Source: Cycas panzhihuaensis (Eukaryota > Plantae > Cycadophyta). From it: a DNA stretch of 64,000 nt. Below the pieces are notes generated by a model. It ran no database searches and was not told the origin of the DNA. It was given only the letters and a program-made list of their open reading frames with translations. How positions within the stretch are numbered: the stretch's first letter is position 1; each line of letters opens with the position of its first letter. Location of the stretch: NCBI GenBank assembly GCA_023213395.1, contig CM041465.1, positions 95,983,741 through 96,047,740 on the forward strand, read 5' to 3'. The position numbers were made by a program, and so were the translations under genes. Positions 1 through 12,029 of this stretch are shown piece after piece.

Positions 1-2441
1 CGTACAATGACCCATCATTGTTTGGTCAACTTGTCACGCCCTTTGAGTCCTATTTTTGCTCTTATGACTCGTTTGTTGGCTTGTCTGCCTCTGGGCAGGT
101 GTCTCTGCCCCCCCACCAGCCTTCTTGGTCATTGGTCCATAGACCAAGCTGGTTATCTGGGCTAGTTTTAGCCTCTGGTCCCACACCGCCACAAATATCA
201 TGGTCTGCATTGCCAATATCGTAGTCTTGAAGTTCTGGCCGGTCGACTATCTTAGTTTATTTTTAAAAATCCGTCGTGGTAATTCTCACATTTATTGTAG
301 AACTGCCATGTGTCTTGTGACTTGACTCACTGCCAGCTATGCCCTAGTCACTTGTTTAGGGTTAAGGCTAGGTATTTAAGTCTTCCCTAAGTCATTTTTA
401 GGATCTTTTTGCTCACTTTTGGAAGGATCTTAAGGAAAACGCCCTACTCTTTGCTATTCCTTGCTGCTCCACTACTGCTACAAGACTTGCTATCATTCTC
501 TAATGCCCATCTCTCCTTTCACATGGCTGTGACATCTTCCCAGGCCCTTGCACACCTTAGAGAGGGCCTCCTTGGAGAGATTCCAGCACTTCCTTGCCCA
601 GGCAGCCATCAAGCATCTTCAAGTGCAAGTTTTCCTTTAGCCACATTAGTAGGGGTTCCATACCTACTGTTCCACAGTCCTTTGGTCAATTTCTCAACCT
701 TCTTTTAGCAATTCTTGATAGAGGCAAAGGCCTCCCTTCTTCTCTATAGGTATTTATTGGTTTAGGTCTTTCTCTTGTCCAATTTATGCCCAAGTTTGCA
801 TGTCATTTCTAGCTCTTCTTGGCTTGCTCTTTGAAGGTTACTTTCTTGTCTTGCTTTGGGCTATTTTTCCTTGCTATTAGGGCCTTATTTCCTACATTTC
901 CTACCTAGGATAGTGGTAGAAAAGGGATACACAAGGTTTGGGTTAGAGCTGAGTGGATTCTACACCACCTTCCACGCTCCCTAAGAGGCTTTATGCCCTC
1001 CAAACCTCCCTTTTTGCCCCATGCTGCTCTTGGAAGTGAAGCAAGGGTTTAATAGGCTATTTTCAACCACTGAAATTAGTATTGTCACTCATTGTAACAC
1101 TGGTTTAAGGGCTCATATCTTGATCTAGGCAACTCACATAAGCCCCGGCTACTTGTCCCTTGCCCAACCTCTTTCTTGGCAACCCGGTTTGCTTCCCATA
1201 GTACTCTGGTTTGTTGTTGATCTCTTTGGGCCTTTTTGGACTCTTGTTGCCTCTATTTCCAGCCTTCTTGCATAGCCCTACCCTCGCTGCCATGTGGCCT
1301 CTTAAGGAAGGGTAGGGTTGCTCCTTGCGGGAGGTGGGCCACTCCGAGGCTTACCGGCTTACTCATCATTTATTTGGGCCATTTTCTCTATAATTTATTA
1401 TTGCAATATTGATTACTAATATACATGCGTCTAAATTTATACTTATTTCATAAATACATGTATTGTTATGATTTTTCTATGATGTGCTAGCATCCTTTCT
1501 CTGGAAAGGGATACTCTCATTTACTTGCAAGTACATGAAGAACGCAAAGGGGTTGCCCCTTCTCCTCCCTTGCGAGTAAGTACTTCTGTTTATGTTTTAC
1601 TTTAGTATTTCATTTGCTGCTAGCATTTTTCCTTTTTTCTTCTTGGCACTCTAGTGCCGCTTTCGAGGAAGGTAAGGAAGCCCCATGCTTCGGTCTACCG
1701 CAACCTTTCTCATTCACCGTGCTTTATGGAGTGATTTTGGACACCTCGTGGGAATGCCGCTGCTTCATCGCATCTCCATTCTGGGTACACACTCTCACTC
1801 TACCTCATTTCCTTTTTCTTTTGAGTTTTTGTACAATAGTAATTACCTCATCTGAAAGAAAAAGGAAAACCAACCTCATCTTGATTTATACATTTGCTTC
1901 ACTTCTTGCATTATATTTGTTATAGGAAAAGGTCTTAGGAAGTCTCCCTTTTTGCCTTTTTCCCTTTCATCTTGCAAACTCCCTCCTTGTCTTATTTACT
2001 TGTTTTGCTTGGTTAGTTTGCTTACATAAGATCGTAACTCTTCTCCTTTGGTTGTTTCCTTTATCCTTTCTCCATTTTCTCCTGCCTAGCCAAATAATCG
2101 AGGAGGTCTCATTCGTAGGTCGCTCACTTGCCTACCTCTTCCTCATTTCCTTTTGCTCTAGGAAAACCATTAAAGGGTTCTTCTTTTCCCTCCCGGCCAT
2201 CCAAGGGTGGGAGGATCCTTCCCCTAGGGCTACTCAGGCTAACCCTACACCTCCTCTCTTCTTATTTAAAGTGGGGAACCACCTCTAGGTAGGTAGATAC
2301 CATTTACAGGTCCTGAACTTGTGCTTCAGTGCACGGGGCACCCTGTGTGGTATTTACCTTACTTGTAGGTCTTTGCTCAATAGTATCATCAACTACCCTT
2401 GTCATTCCTACTCAGTTAGGTAGCTATCTTGTAGACGCACA
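1..2441. mobile_element. Unresolved GC-richer repeat, probably LTR/retroelement-derived non-coding sequence
   Basis: GC and CpG content are higher than in the flanks. LTR-like termini occur (TGTAACAC at 1093, TTTACA at 2308, GCACA at 2441), but no matching partner LTR, TSD or recognisable protein motif was found. Confidence 0.3.
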
Positions 2442-3712
2442 TCCAAAAAATTAGCCCTATAAATTCCATGGGCATCATAGTTAAAATTAAGTGTATAAAA
2501 GGTTAATATAGTTCAATACTGTGTGCGATACTTTGATCAAGATTGTCATTTTTTTAACCATCATAGAAGAGTCACCCATAAGCACAAATGTAATCATGTC
2601 AAAATTATCAAATGCAGTGAAAGAATTTTTTGGTTTAATAGAGAAGGTAATATGATTACTATGCTTGAGTCTCTGGGAGTTTCAAATCTTCTTTATAAAG
2701 TAGTGAAGTAAACTCAAATAGAATAGTGTAAATAGTAGTGCAAGCTTGAATAGGTGCATCTTAGGACTCAAGACATATAAGCATAAGTGCTAGAAGCATT
2801 AATTACTGTTTAGATCCACCAAGATTATAGATGACTTGATAAACTAAAGTCAAAAAATCTATTTTTTAGAAGAGACTCTCTCTCATGAAAGAAATCAACA
2901 AAGCAAAACTCTATGACAGCTTGATTTAGAGAACCATGACTTTGAGATATTTCTTTTAATGATCTCAAATGAAGCATATCATTAATAGATTTTGAGAAGG
3001 GTAACCATGAATACCATAATATTGCATAAAATAGAGGGTTAACTTTATAAAATGTAATAAATTAAAGTAAATTAATTTTTTTGTGGAGTTTCCTAGCCTT
3101 AGCATTAGCAAATAATCATACACGTAACCAGATCTAAAGAAAGAAGGGGGATAAACCCTTGAACCCCTCTTTTATTTTAGTTTTATTTTTTAAACAAGGC
3201 ACCTAGACATTTCCATTCATAATTTAAGTTAAAGGTGCCAAATCTCTATGTTGTCTAAACCATTGGAATCTTGTTTCAGAGATAATCAATTTAAGTGGTT
3301 ATGTATAATAGTTTTAATTAATGCTTAATATAGATTTTAATCTTTGAAGTATAACCTTCACTGACAAATAAAATAAAATAGAGAGATTTTTTTAATCTAG
3401 AGGAAGATGATGACCTAATAAATTAGCTAGCAATGATTGAGACCAATTATAAATTCACATTCAATCCAAAAATTAAAGAGTATGGACCAATCTTAAAATG
3501 TTTATTAGAAGGAAAAACTCATGATTAGTTCATTAATTAGACATAAGAATTTTTTATACTCAACCATTAGTACTAATTTTCATATGCATGTATCATAGAC
3601 TTCAAGAGGTAGAAACAAGATAAAGTTCAAGCAAAGGGAATACTTTAATATCCACAAACCCATGAGAAGGGTGAGGGTGATAAGGTATCAAAGTAGCCAA
3701 CCAAAGGGACAA

Positions 3713-3735
3713 AAGAAGAAGAAGAAGAAGAAGAA
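3713..3735 (+). repeat. (GAA)n microsatellite within gag-like remnant
   Basis: About 7 GAA units are directly visible. Confidence 0.85.
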
Positions 3736-4469
3736 ATAATTAAAGATGAGATAATTGAGACCTTGTAGGAATATGAACAAAAACTAGTTCAGAGTAAATA
3801 ACACAACTATGTAGAAGATATAAAATAGGTGCAAATAAATCACCAAGTAGAAGAATTTGGTAAAAGGATATTTGAGATAAAGAAAGAGATCTAAGGAGAA
3901 GTTATGTAGAAGTAACATGAAGATGTGGAAGAGCAAGTGAAAGAATAACTAGTGGATGCAAAATAATCTTAAATAAAACCTTAGTAGGACACGTGTAAAT
4001 ATAATAAGGTACTTAAGATATCTCTTGATTCTATGTTACATATGCATATTTCATTTAGTAGTTTTATCTATCCTCTCTTTATTCCAAGTTTAATAGTACT
4101 AGAGAAATCCTATTTTCCCTATCCCATAATTAGCCAAAAACCTAAATACCTTAGCTCTAATCTCATCATAGGATAAATCCTAATTCCTTTTTAAAACCCT
4201 AGTTTAATGTCATCTTTACATAATTCCCACCCCCCCTCCCCCCCCTCTAAGAAATTTCCCTTATCAGGTTATTCCCAACTATCCATCCTTTTTTTTTTTA
4301 ATAAGGTAAAATAATATTGAAGGGGTTTTAACTAGGTCCCCAAACCTTATACATCGAAGCCTAGCGGCTCATGAAGGATGACCATGACAAGCCCATGGTC
4401 TAGCTCAAATTAAAAAAGATTCCTCTCAGTCTCTCCTGTCAGCCTCCCCTCTATGTGCATCAATCCTTA

Positions 4470-7400
4470 CTAGTCTCAACAACTCTTCCAGGTAGTCCTC
4501 CTTCCAGACCATAGTTCTTTTATTTGTCACTACCTAATTTCCCAGCCAGTCTGCTGCCGAATTCCCTTCCCTATAGATGTGTTGGATCTGTACACCAATT
4601 TTAGAACTCGGAATCTCTTGGATGTCTTTGATAATATCTATGTTATTCCATCTTAGATCTACTTCCCCCTTTAAACATCTTATCACATACATAGAGTTGC
4701 CTTCAACGAACACCTTCTGAACACCCTCCTCATCCATCAAAGATATCATTTTTTGCATGGCCCACACCTCTGCTCTTTGGTTCGATTGGATACCTAAGTA
4801 TTCCGTGAAGGCCCACTTCAGATTCCCCATATGATCCCTGTAGAGGCCTCCCCCTCCCACCTCTTTGGGATTACCTTTGGTAGCTCCATCAAAGTTAATT
4901 TTCTCCTAGGTGATATCTAGAGGGTTCCATTTGATTGCTCTCCTCCCCTCTCTACCTCACTTCGGAAGGCCTATTCCCCAATCCTCCAGGATACCTTCTT
5001 TCCCCTTGGGGATCCTGTCCTCCTTTGGGGGAACCAGCATTTCTAAAATACCCTTCCTGATCTTGGCAACCAAAATTGCCTTGTCTGTCTCTTTTCCTTC
5101 AAAAATTCTCCTGTTACATTCTTTCCAAATATTCCAAGTACCTATTAGGAGGATCATCTTCCAAATACTAGCGAGCGTTTTACTCTTGAAAGGAAAATCC
5201 TAAGCAATCCACTAGTCTTTTAGTGTTTTAGATGAAACCCATACTAAGCCTAGCCTAGACCAAATTTTATTCCAGATACCTTTAGAGTAGGGGCAATGAA
5301 TACAAAGGTGGTCTAGGGACTCAACTTCCTCCTTGCAAAGAACACACCTATTCACTAGCTGGATGCCCCGCTTCATGAGATTATCCATTGTAAGGATTTT
5401 GTTTTGTAGGCATAACCACCAAAAAGTAGCTATCTTTGGGAGGAGCCCCAACTTCCAAACCCCAACCAATAGGTCATTCCTCACCGAGTCTTCCCTATTC
5501 ATCAGCAAGTTATACCCATCTTTGACTGTGTATGATCCCTTTAACGAGAGAGACCAGACCAGAGTGTCAGGAGAAGACTGCTTCGGAATGTACTAGTTAT
5601 CTAAAGCCCCTTTCACTTTCTAAATCTCCTCCTTAAGACCTTGTAGCTCCTCAAACGATCTCCATCTCTTATCCTTATCCCACCCCACCTAATAATGCTT
5701 GATAAGAGACCCAAAGCTATTCTCGCATACCCTCTTCATGCTGCCAATATTTAGCAACTCCTCTAATTTATAGGGTCCGCACCATTTATCTTCCCAAAAC
5801 CTTATGCTTTCTCCATCCCCAAGTTTCCATTGCATTCCATCTTGTAAGATGGTCCGTATAGACCGAATAGCTCTCCATATAGGGGATCCCGCGAGGCAAG
5901 ACTCCTCCTCCATCAGGAAATGTTTATCCCTTAAGTATTTCCTTACCATGATACTCCCCTAGATCAAACTAACTTCTTTGGTAAATCTCCACCCTGACTT
6001 GGCCAAAAGAGCTACGTTAAAAAGGCCCAGCCTTCTAACATTAAGTCCTCCTACCCACTTAGGCTTACAGACCTTCTCCCATGATACTAAATGGACTCTT
6101 TTTTTATCTTCGGCCCCAGACCAAAGAAATCTCTTCATAATGCCCTCTAATATAGAGATGACCTTACCCGGCATCTTGAAAATGGACACTTGGCAAACTG
6201 GAATGCTTTGAAGAGAGGCCACCACTAGCTGGATTTTCCCAGCCCAACTAAGGAGTGCCCCTTTCCATCCTACTAGTTTCCTGTTAAATCTACTCACCAC
6301 GGAGTCCTACAGGTTCTTCCCCATCTTCCCCACAAAAAGGGGCATGCCCAGATATGAGGCGAGAAGGGGTCTTCTGGAGATTTCCAAAGCCCTACTGATC
6401 CTTCTCTATTGCCATTTCATTGTATTGATAAAGAAGACTGAGCTTTTATCTAAGTTGATTCTTTGGTTTGTAGCCCTTTCATATGCCTGAAGCCCTACTT
6501 TTAAGGCCCTAGCCTCCCCCAGGGATGCCTTGAATAGAAAGATGTTATTATCTACAAACTGGTGATGAACAATATTATCCAAATTGGATGATGCCTTCAA
6601 ACTAGTTATCCACCCTAACCTCTAGGCCTCCATTGTAGCCTTCCTTAACAACTCTACCATGATAATAAAAAGGAAGGGAGAGAGGGGATCACCTTCCTTC
6701 ATGGACAGTAATAGTACCATCTGTGATTTATCTAACCTTGACAAATCCATCTTGATTTGGAGAAATGATAGCCAGGAGGGTCTCCCTGAGGTGATTGCTA
6801 AGACTTTAGCCAAAATCTTATATTTTACATTACATAGGCTGATTGGTCTAAAATCTTCCATCGCTTCCACTCCCTCCTTCTTTGGGATCAAGACCAAAAA
6901 AGTGGCCTACCACTCTTTCAGAATTATCCACCTGAGAAAGAATTCATTTAATGCTGACATTAAGTCATCCTTGATAATCTCCCAATATTCTTGGAAAAAA
7001 CTGAGAGGAAACCCATCCGGTCCTAGGGCCTTATCCCTACCTATTTTGAATAAGGCATTCTTGACTTCTTCCTAAGAGAATGGCTCTGTCAATTTACTAT
7101 TAAGAGCCTTAGAAATCACCTTCAGAGTGTGTTGCATAAGACTAGCCCTTAGGTTAGGATCCTGGTATCTAGGTTCTGCGTATAGCTCCTTAAAATATTC
7201 CATCGCAATACCACCAAACTAGTCCTCTGACTCATGCATCACCCCATCCATACTTCAAAGTTTACTGATCTTGTTATGAGCCCTATGCTTCAAGGTGGAC
7301 AGATGGAAGAACTTGGTATTTCTAACCCCCTCCCTAATCCACTGCTCTCTGGATTTTTGTTTCCAGAGGATTTCCTCCCTAACGAGCACCTCTTCTAATT

Positions 7401-8405
7401 TCTTGGTGGTGAGATGTTCAATTTGATCCAAGTCCTAGGTCCTTCCCTCTACTTGGATCCTATCCTCAATCCCTTTTAACTTCGATAGTAGCGTAGCTTT
7501 ATCTTCAAAGATGTTTCTAAAGACCTCCTTCTTCCATATCTTAATTTGTTTTTTGATCCAATTTAACTTCTTCAAGAACCTAAACATCACACATTTGTGA
7601 ACTGGGACTCCCTACCGCTCACTAATCTGCCCCCTAAGGTTTGAATGCTTTTGCCACATTAGTTCGAAATAGAAGGGGGCCCCTTTATGATTACCCGGGA
7701 TGGACCCCTAAAGAACTAGGGGTGAGTGGTCCAAACCAGACTTCAGAAGAGCCTCTAGTTTAGTTCCTTCGAAGTGGCAGGACCACTTGTAGATTGTTAA
7801 CATCCTATCTAATCTGCATTGAATGTGATTATGTCCTAAATGCTTATTGGACTAGGTAAACCTAGCTCCCCTAAGTGGAATGTCCATGAGGTCTCCCACT
7901 TGCAAAACTCTCTAAGATCATACATGCTTCTGGTCCAGCCAGTTTGCCCCCTTGTCTTTTCTTCCAGGTTTAAGGGTGTATTGAAGTCCCCTACCATCAA
8001 CCAGGGACCATCCCAATCTTTATGGGCCTCCACCAGTCTTTCCCATAAGCTCTTCCTACCTACCACTAATGTGGGGGCATAAACATTGATGATTTGGTAC
8101 TCCTTATTAGTCTGAACATAAACCAAACCTAAGGTTATGAAGTGCTCGTGTATGCCCACTACATAGCCTTTCCACCTATTTGGGTTCCAAAGGGAGACCA
8201 GCCCCCAGAGCCTGTCAAGCCTGCGACTGCCCTCCCATCTCCCCTTCTCTAGATCTTGCTGAACACCTCTCTTTCCTTCACCTATTCGAGCTTTATCTCC
8301 TACAAGAGGACTAAATCCGCGTTGGTCCTAATCCTCGAATCCTTTACCAAACGCTGCTTTGATGGGGGCATTGAGGCCCCTTATGTTCTAGGATAACACT
8401 TTTAT
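4470..8405 (-). pseudogene. L1 ORF2 (APE endonuclease, RT, zf-RVT, RNase H), disrupted by stops and frameshifts
   Basis: N-terminus (M>I)KVLS*NIRGLN at 8405. Endonuclease motifs INVYAP and WLMVGDFN. RT motifs [17 protein letters not shown] and QFVDN (for FADD). zf-RVT motif NRCVLCKEEVESLDHLCIHC. RNase H motifs GGLYRDH, RAEVWA, VEGNS and HIYREGNSAAD. Confidence 0.92.
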
Positions 8406-8506
8406 GGATATCCCAGAACCCCCCCCCCTCAACCCTTCCTGCTTCTTAGGGTAGGGCCTTCCAATGCCCCCCCCTCCTTTAATGTACTCTTGTATCCCAT
8501 ATCGAT

Positions 8507-9976
8507 CTAGGCTTGAGTTTCCTTATCTCTGGAAGCCTTTTTAGGTGGTCTTCCTACCTTCTTCTCCATCCCATAGTCTAGGGCCTTCTTCAAGTCTGGC
8601 ATATTACCCTTTGAGACCCATTTACATGTCCCACCTCCTCTTTTTGGATCCACTACTTTAGCCCCAGTTCCAGTAGCACCCTCAACTATGACACCTACCT
8701 GCCCCTTCACAAGGAACGGCTCCTGAGGACCCCCCTCTTCAGGCTTTGAAAAATAATCCTCTAAGTCCCAGTTGATATTCTTCACAAGCTGAGCCAGGGC
8801 CAGCTCAACAGCTGATGGGGAGGATTCCCCTGCCCCAGGCATCCGTCCAACCTCCTTTATTTGAACTTTAGATCCCTCTGTCGATAGTCCCCCTGCCAAG
8901 CATTGAGCTAATTCCATGTTTCTATCATCACCAACACCTCTGGATTCTCTTCCCTCCACAGATTCCGTTGGTTCTTTACTACCTTCTTCCTGAGCTACCT
9001 TGTCTACCAGTTTCTCAGCATCTTTTATTTTCTCTTTAAGGCATACCGATGCGTGGTCCAACTCTACATCTTGTCCCTGGCCATCATTCAAATCAGTGCC
9101 TAAAGATGCCTCATTTCCTACATCTCCTAACCTGTCCTTGTCCTTACCTAGCCTTTCAGAGCCACCAACTAGGCCCTCCCCCCTGATTACTTCTACTTCT
9201 CCATCTTCTTTCTCTTTACACTCTTCTTGCTTTTCCATCCTTGCTGGAACCCCTGGGCATTGAAAAGGGAGATGCCCCCTGCATTTACACTTTTCACATC
9301 TAAAACCCTCCACTTCGTAAAATAAACTTTGGATAATGGATCTACCATCTGACTCAATCTCAACCACATCTGGGATCTCACTATCCAGCCTAGCCAGGAT
9401 GGCGAATCTTGCATTCATTAGTTAAGATCTATGTTTTGTTGCTGAGTCCATTGCAAGTAAAGGCCCTATGGTCTTGGCCGCCCCTTTAACCATCTCTGAA
9501 TTCCAAAAATACAAGGGAAGCCCTGGAATCTGCACCTAAACTGGGGATTGTCTAACCACAGGAATCCTAGGGTTGAAATATGGGTGCCACTTCTCCAGAG
9601 ACATGGCCTTTCTCCTAAACATCCATGGTGATTTAAGAAGAATAGGAATCAAATCCTCCTGATTAGCAAACCTAAAGAGGACACAACCCTTTAGCATTGC
9701 CATTACTTGAACTGGGTTTCTAGTTTTCCACTTATTTCTTCTAATCCACTCTCAGATGATGTCCAACCCTGGTCTTGGGCCTGAAAACCTACCCACCAGG
9801 CTATTTTCCCAGTATTGAATAGTCTTTTCTATGACCTCTTTCAAGATTGAGATTTTAAACCTATTTCCAATCTTGATAGGGTATATTTCATGTTCAACAT
9901 GGTTTCCACCCCTTAGGACATCAAGGTATGTCCTCCCCAGGGATGAGGACTGAGGCTGGTTTGGTATTGCTTGCAT
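8507..9976 (-). pseudogene. L1 ORF1 (DUF4283-like plus CCHC zinc knuckle), premature stops
   Basis: WENSLVGRFSG (DUF4283-type) and a CEKCKCRGHLPFQC zinc knuckle. Lies immediately upstream of ORF2. Confidence 0.85.
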
Positions 9977-11389
9977 TATTTAGGTAATAAAAAAAACTTA
10001 CAATAACTGTGTGCACTCACCGCTACATAGAATCTACAGATCACAGTGTATACTCACCTCCTTCCTACCTTGGGTATCTTCCTCTTAGGGTCTTTTGGAG
10101 TACCATGCAAGGATAAACTAGCTTCTAATGCTCTAATGGCCTCCACCCTCTATAGGTGAGCAAGGTTCTGTCTGACTCCACCCTGGTCAAGCTATTTATA
10201 GCTGTGATACTCCTTGGGCTTGTGAGGATGAGTAGGTGCAGCCTCTTCTCTTCCGATTTTTGCTGACACTAGGCCTTCTTTCTGGCTCATCTCTAAACTA
10301 CCTCTGATTGTACTTTTGGGGTCGTGGTCCTCCCTAGCTAGGCCTGACCATCCTTCCCCGTCGCCTCTCCTTCCACGAAATCTCCCTCCGTCTGAGTCAA
10401 CTCTTGTACCTGTGCTGCTGTCTACACAATCACATAGTGAGCTTGGTCTGTCCATGGCCTCACGCCATTGCAGAGTGCATCTGGGGGGAACCCCCCCCCC
10501 CCACATTCGCCACCATCTCCTGCTAACCCTAACTGCCAAAACCCTTCGACGCAGATCAGTCGTTCTTCGTCTTCGTTTGCCCTAGCTGCAATCTAGAAAC
10601 TCTCAGTTATCCATCCTTATTTTATCAAGTTTCATCACATAGTATAATGATTACCCTTTATAAAACACCATCTAGTCCATCCAAACCCCTTCTTTTCTAT
10701 ACTATTGAAATTACATTTTTATTAAATCCTTTATTTTCTCTTAATACCATTCCTAAAACCCTATTAAACTCTTTTTTTTCATAAAGAATGTTTATTACTA
10801 ATTGCATATCCATCGTTTTCCTTAAAGAATTCCCATAGTTAAATAAACACTTCATAAATTCTTATTCAAGTTAAAATCTAAACTTCATCCTTTTTCTTCT
10901 ATACCTTCAAAGTTGGTTGATTTCCATTTAAAATTTCACTTCTTCCATTTCTTTTTTTTCTAAGTAACCATTAATTTAAGATCCTTATGATCAACTCTTT
11001 TACTAACCTTCCAAATTTGATCATAATCTTCCTAGTAAAAATTCTCAATGTTTTAATCATCTCTCATTTCATAAGCCATTCTATTAGAGGATAAAATGTA
11101 CAAACATAAAGCAAGATTAAGGTAAGGCATTTAAGACACCTCATAGGTCCTAAGGTCCATTCAACACAAGATAGGTTACAACATGTACTTGGCCCCAAGA
11201 ATGAGCATAAGTAAAAATAGAGCACTCTCCAACAAAATATAATAGAAGCCATAAGTTTAGACCTAGTTTTCACAACATATAAGACTTAATAGATGATGGC
11301 TAAAAGAATTGGTCAAAGCTAGACAAAGCTAAGTGATAAGTAATTCCTGATACTTTAAGGGAAACGTATTATTTTAAAGGGAGGGAAAT

Positions 11390-12029
11390 TGTAGTACTCC
11401 AAAAATGAAAAGGAAGTTAATTTTCTATAGAGGAAATTATTATTACAAAGTCAATTTTTAAGAGGATCAAAGAAAGAATCATTTAATATATTTTATTACA
11501 AAGCTATTGTTTTAGAGAGAGAATTAGAAGTTGGTCTTTAAGAGACAATTAAAGGCTATAGATAAGAAAATTTTAACCATTTGTAAAATTATCTTGAAGA
11601 ATTTATTATCACTTGGAATAGTGGCCTTGTGCCATTAGGGTCTTGGTCCTATTAGAGGATTGCTCTTACCTCAAAGAGGGTTGAAATATTATTGAATATT
11701 ATATAAGCTTTTATTGTTCTACTATTATTATTTATCACTTTAATTTTTGTTGTTATTTTATCAATGTATGGATGTTATATTATATAGATGGATGAACTAT
11801 GTCCGTTGAATGATATTTCATAAATAATTATTGCTATAAATACATGTTATCTACTTTAAAAAAATCTTTATCTATTACTTGAGAACTAGGCCTACTACAA
11901 CTAAAGTATTTTATAACTTTTATATTTTATTTTTTTTGTTATTTTAGTTGATTTCAGGTAGATTTTTTGTATTTTTTCTTTTATATACTTAAAGTGGCTA
12001 GTGGAGGAGGTATAATAGGTTTCATCACA
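11390..12029 (+). repeat. 3' LTR of gag-only element A
   Basis: TG...CA termini directly after a PPT. Shares ATCACTTGGAA, CTCTTACCT(CA/TG)AAGAGGG and the CATCA(C/T)A end with the split LTR at 47100-55031. Confidence 0.6.

Larger units (their letters stand above)
4291..10607 (-). mobile_element. Full-length L1-clade LINE with RNase H domain
   Basis: Poly(A) tail (T-run 4289-4299 on +). TSD TATCCATCCTT at 4280-4290 and 10608-10618. ORF1 and ORF2 remnants are in the expected order. Confidence 0.93.
2442..12029 (+). mobile_element. Decayed gag-only Gypsy-like LTR element (copy A), split by the L1 insertion; 5' LTR not identified
   Basis: Gag-like remnant at 3400-4000 is homologous to 56230-56750 (e.g. 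cacattcaatccaaaaattaaag vs cacatttgatacaaaaattaaag). It is followed by a C-rich spacer, an integrase C-terminus-like remnant (~11060-11380), a PPT (AAGGGAGGGAAA, ~11377-11388) and an LTR starting TGTAGTAC. No RT or RNase H motifs were seen. Confidence 0.55.

Noticed and set aside
18-2711. Short ORFs from the ORF track as host genes
   Set aside because: No domain motifs, low-complexity F/L/S composition, several non-ATG starts, and no exon chain.
4910-10585. Plus-strand ORFs over the LINE
   Set aside because: They are antisense shadows of L1 ORF1/ORF2.
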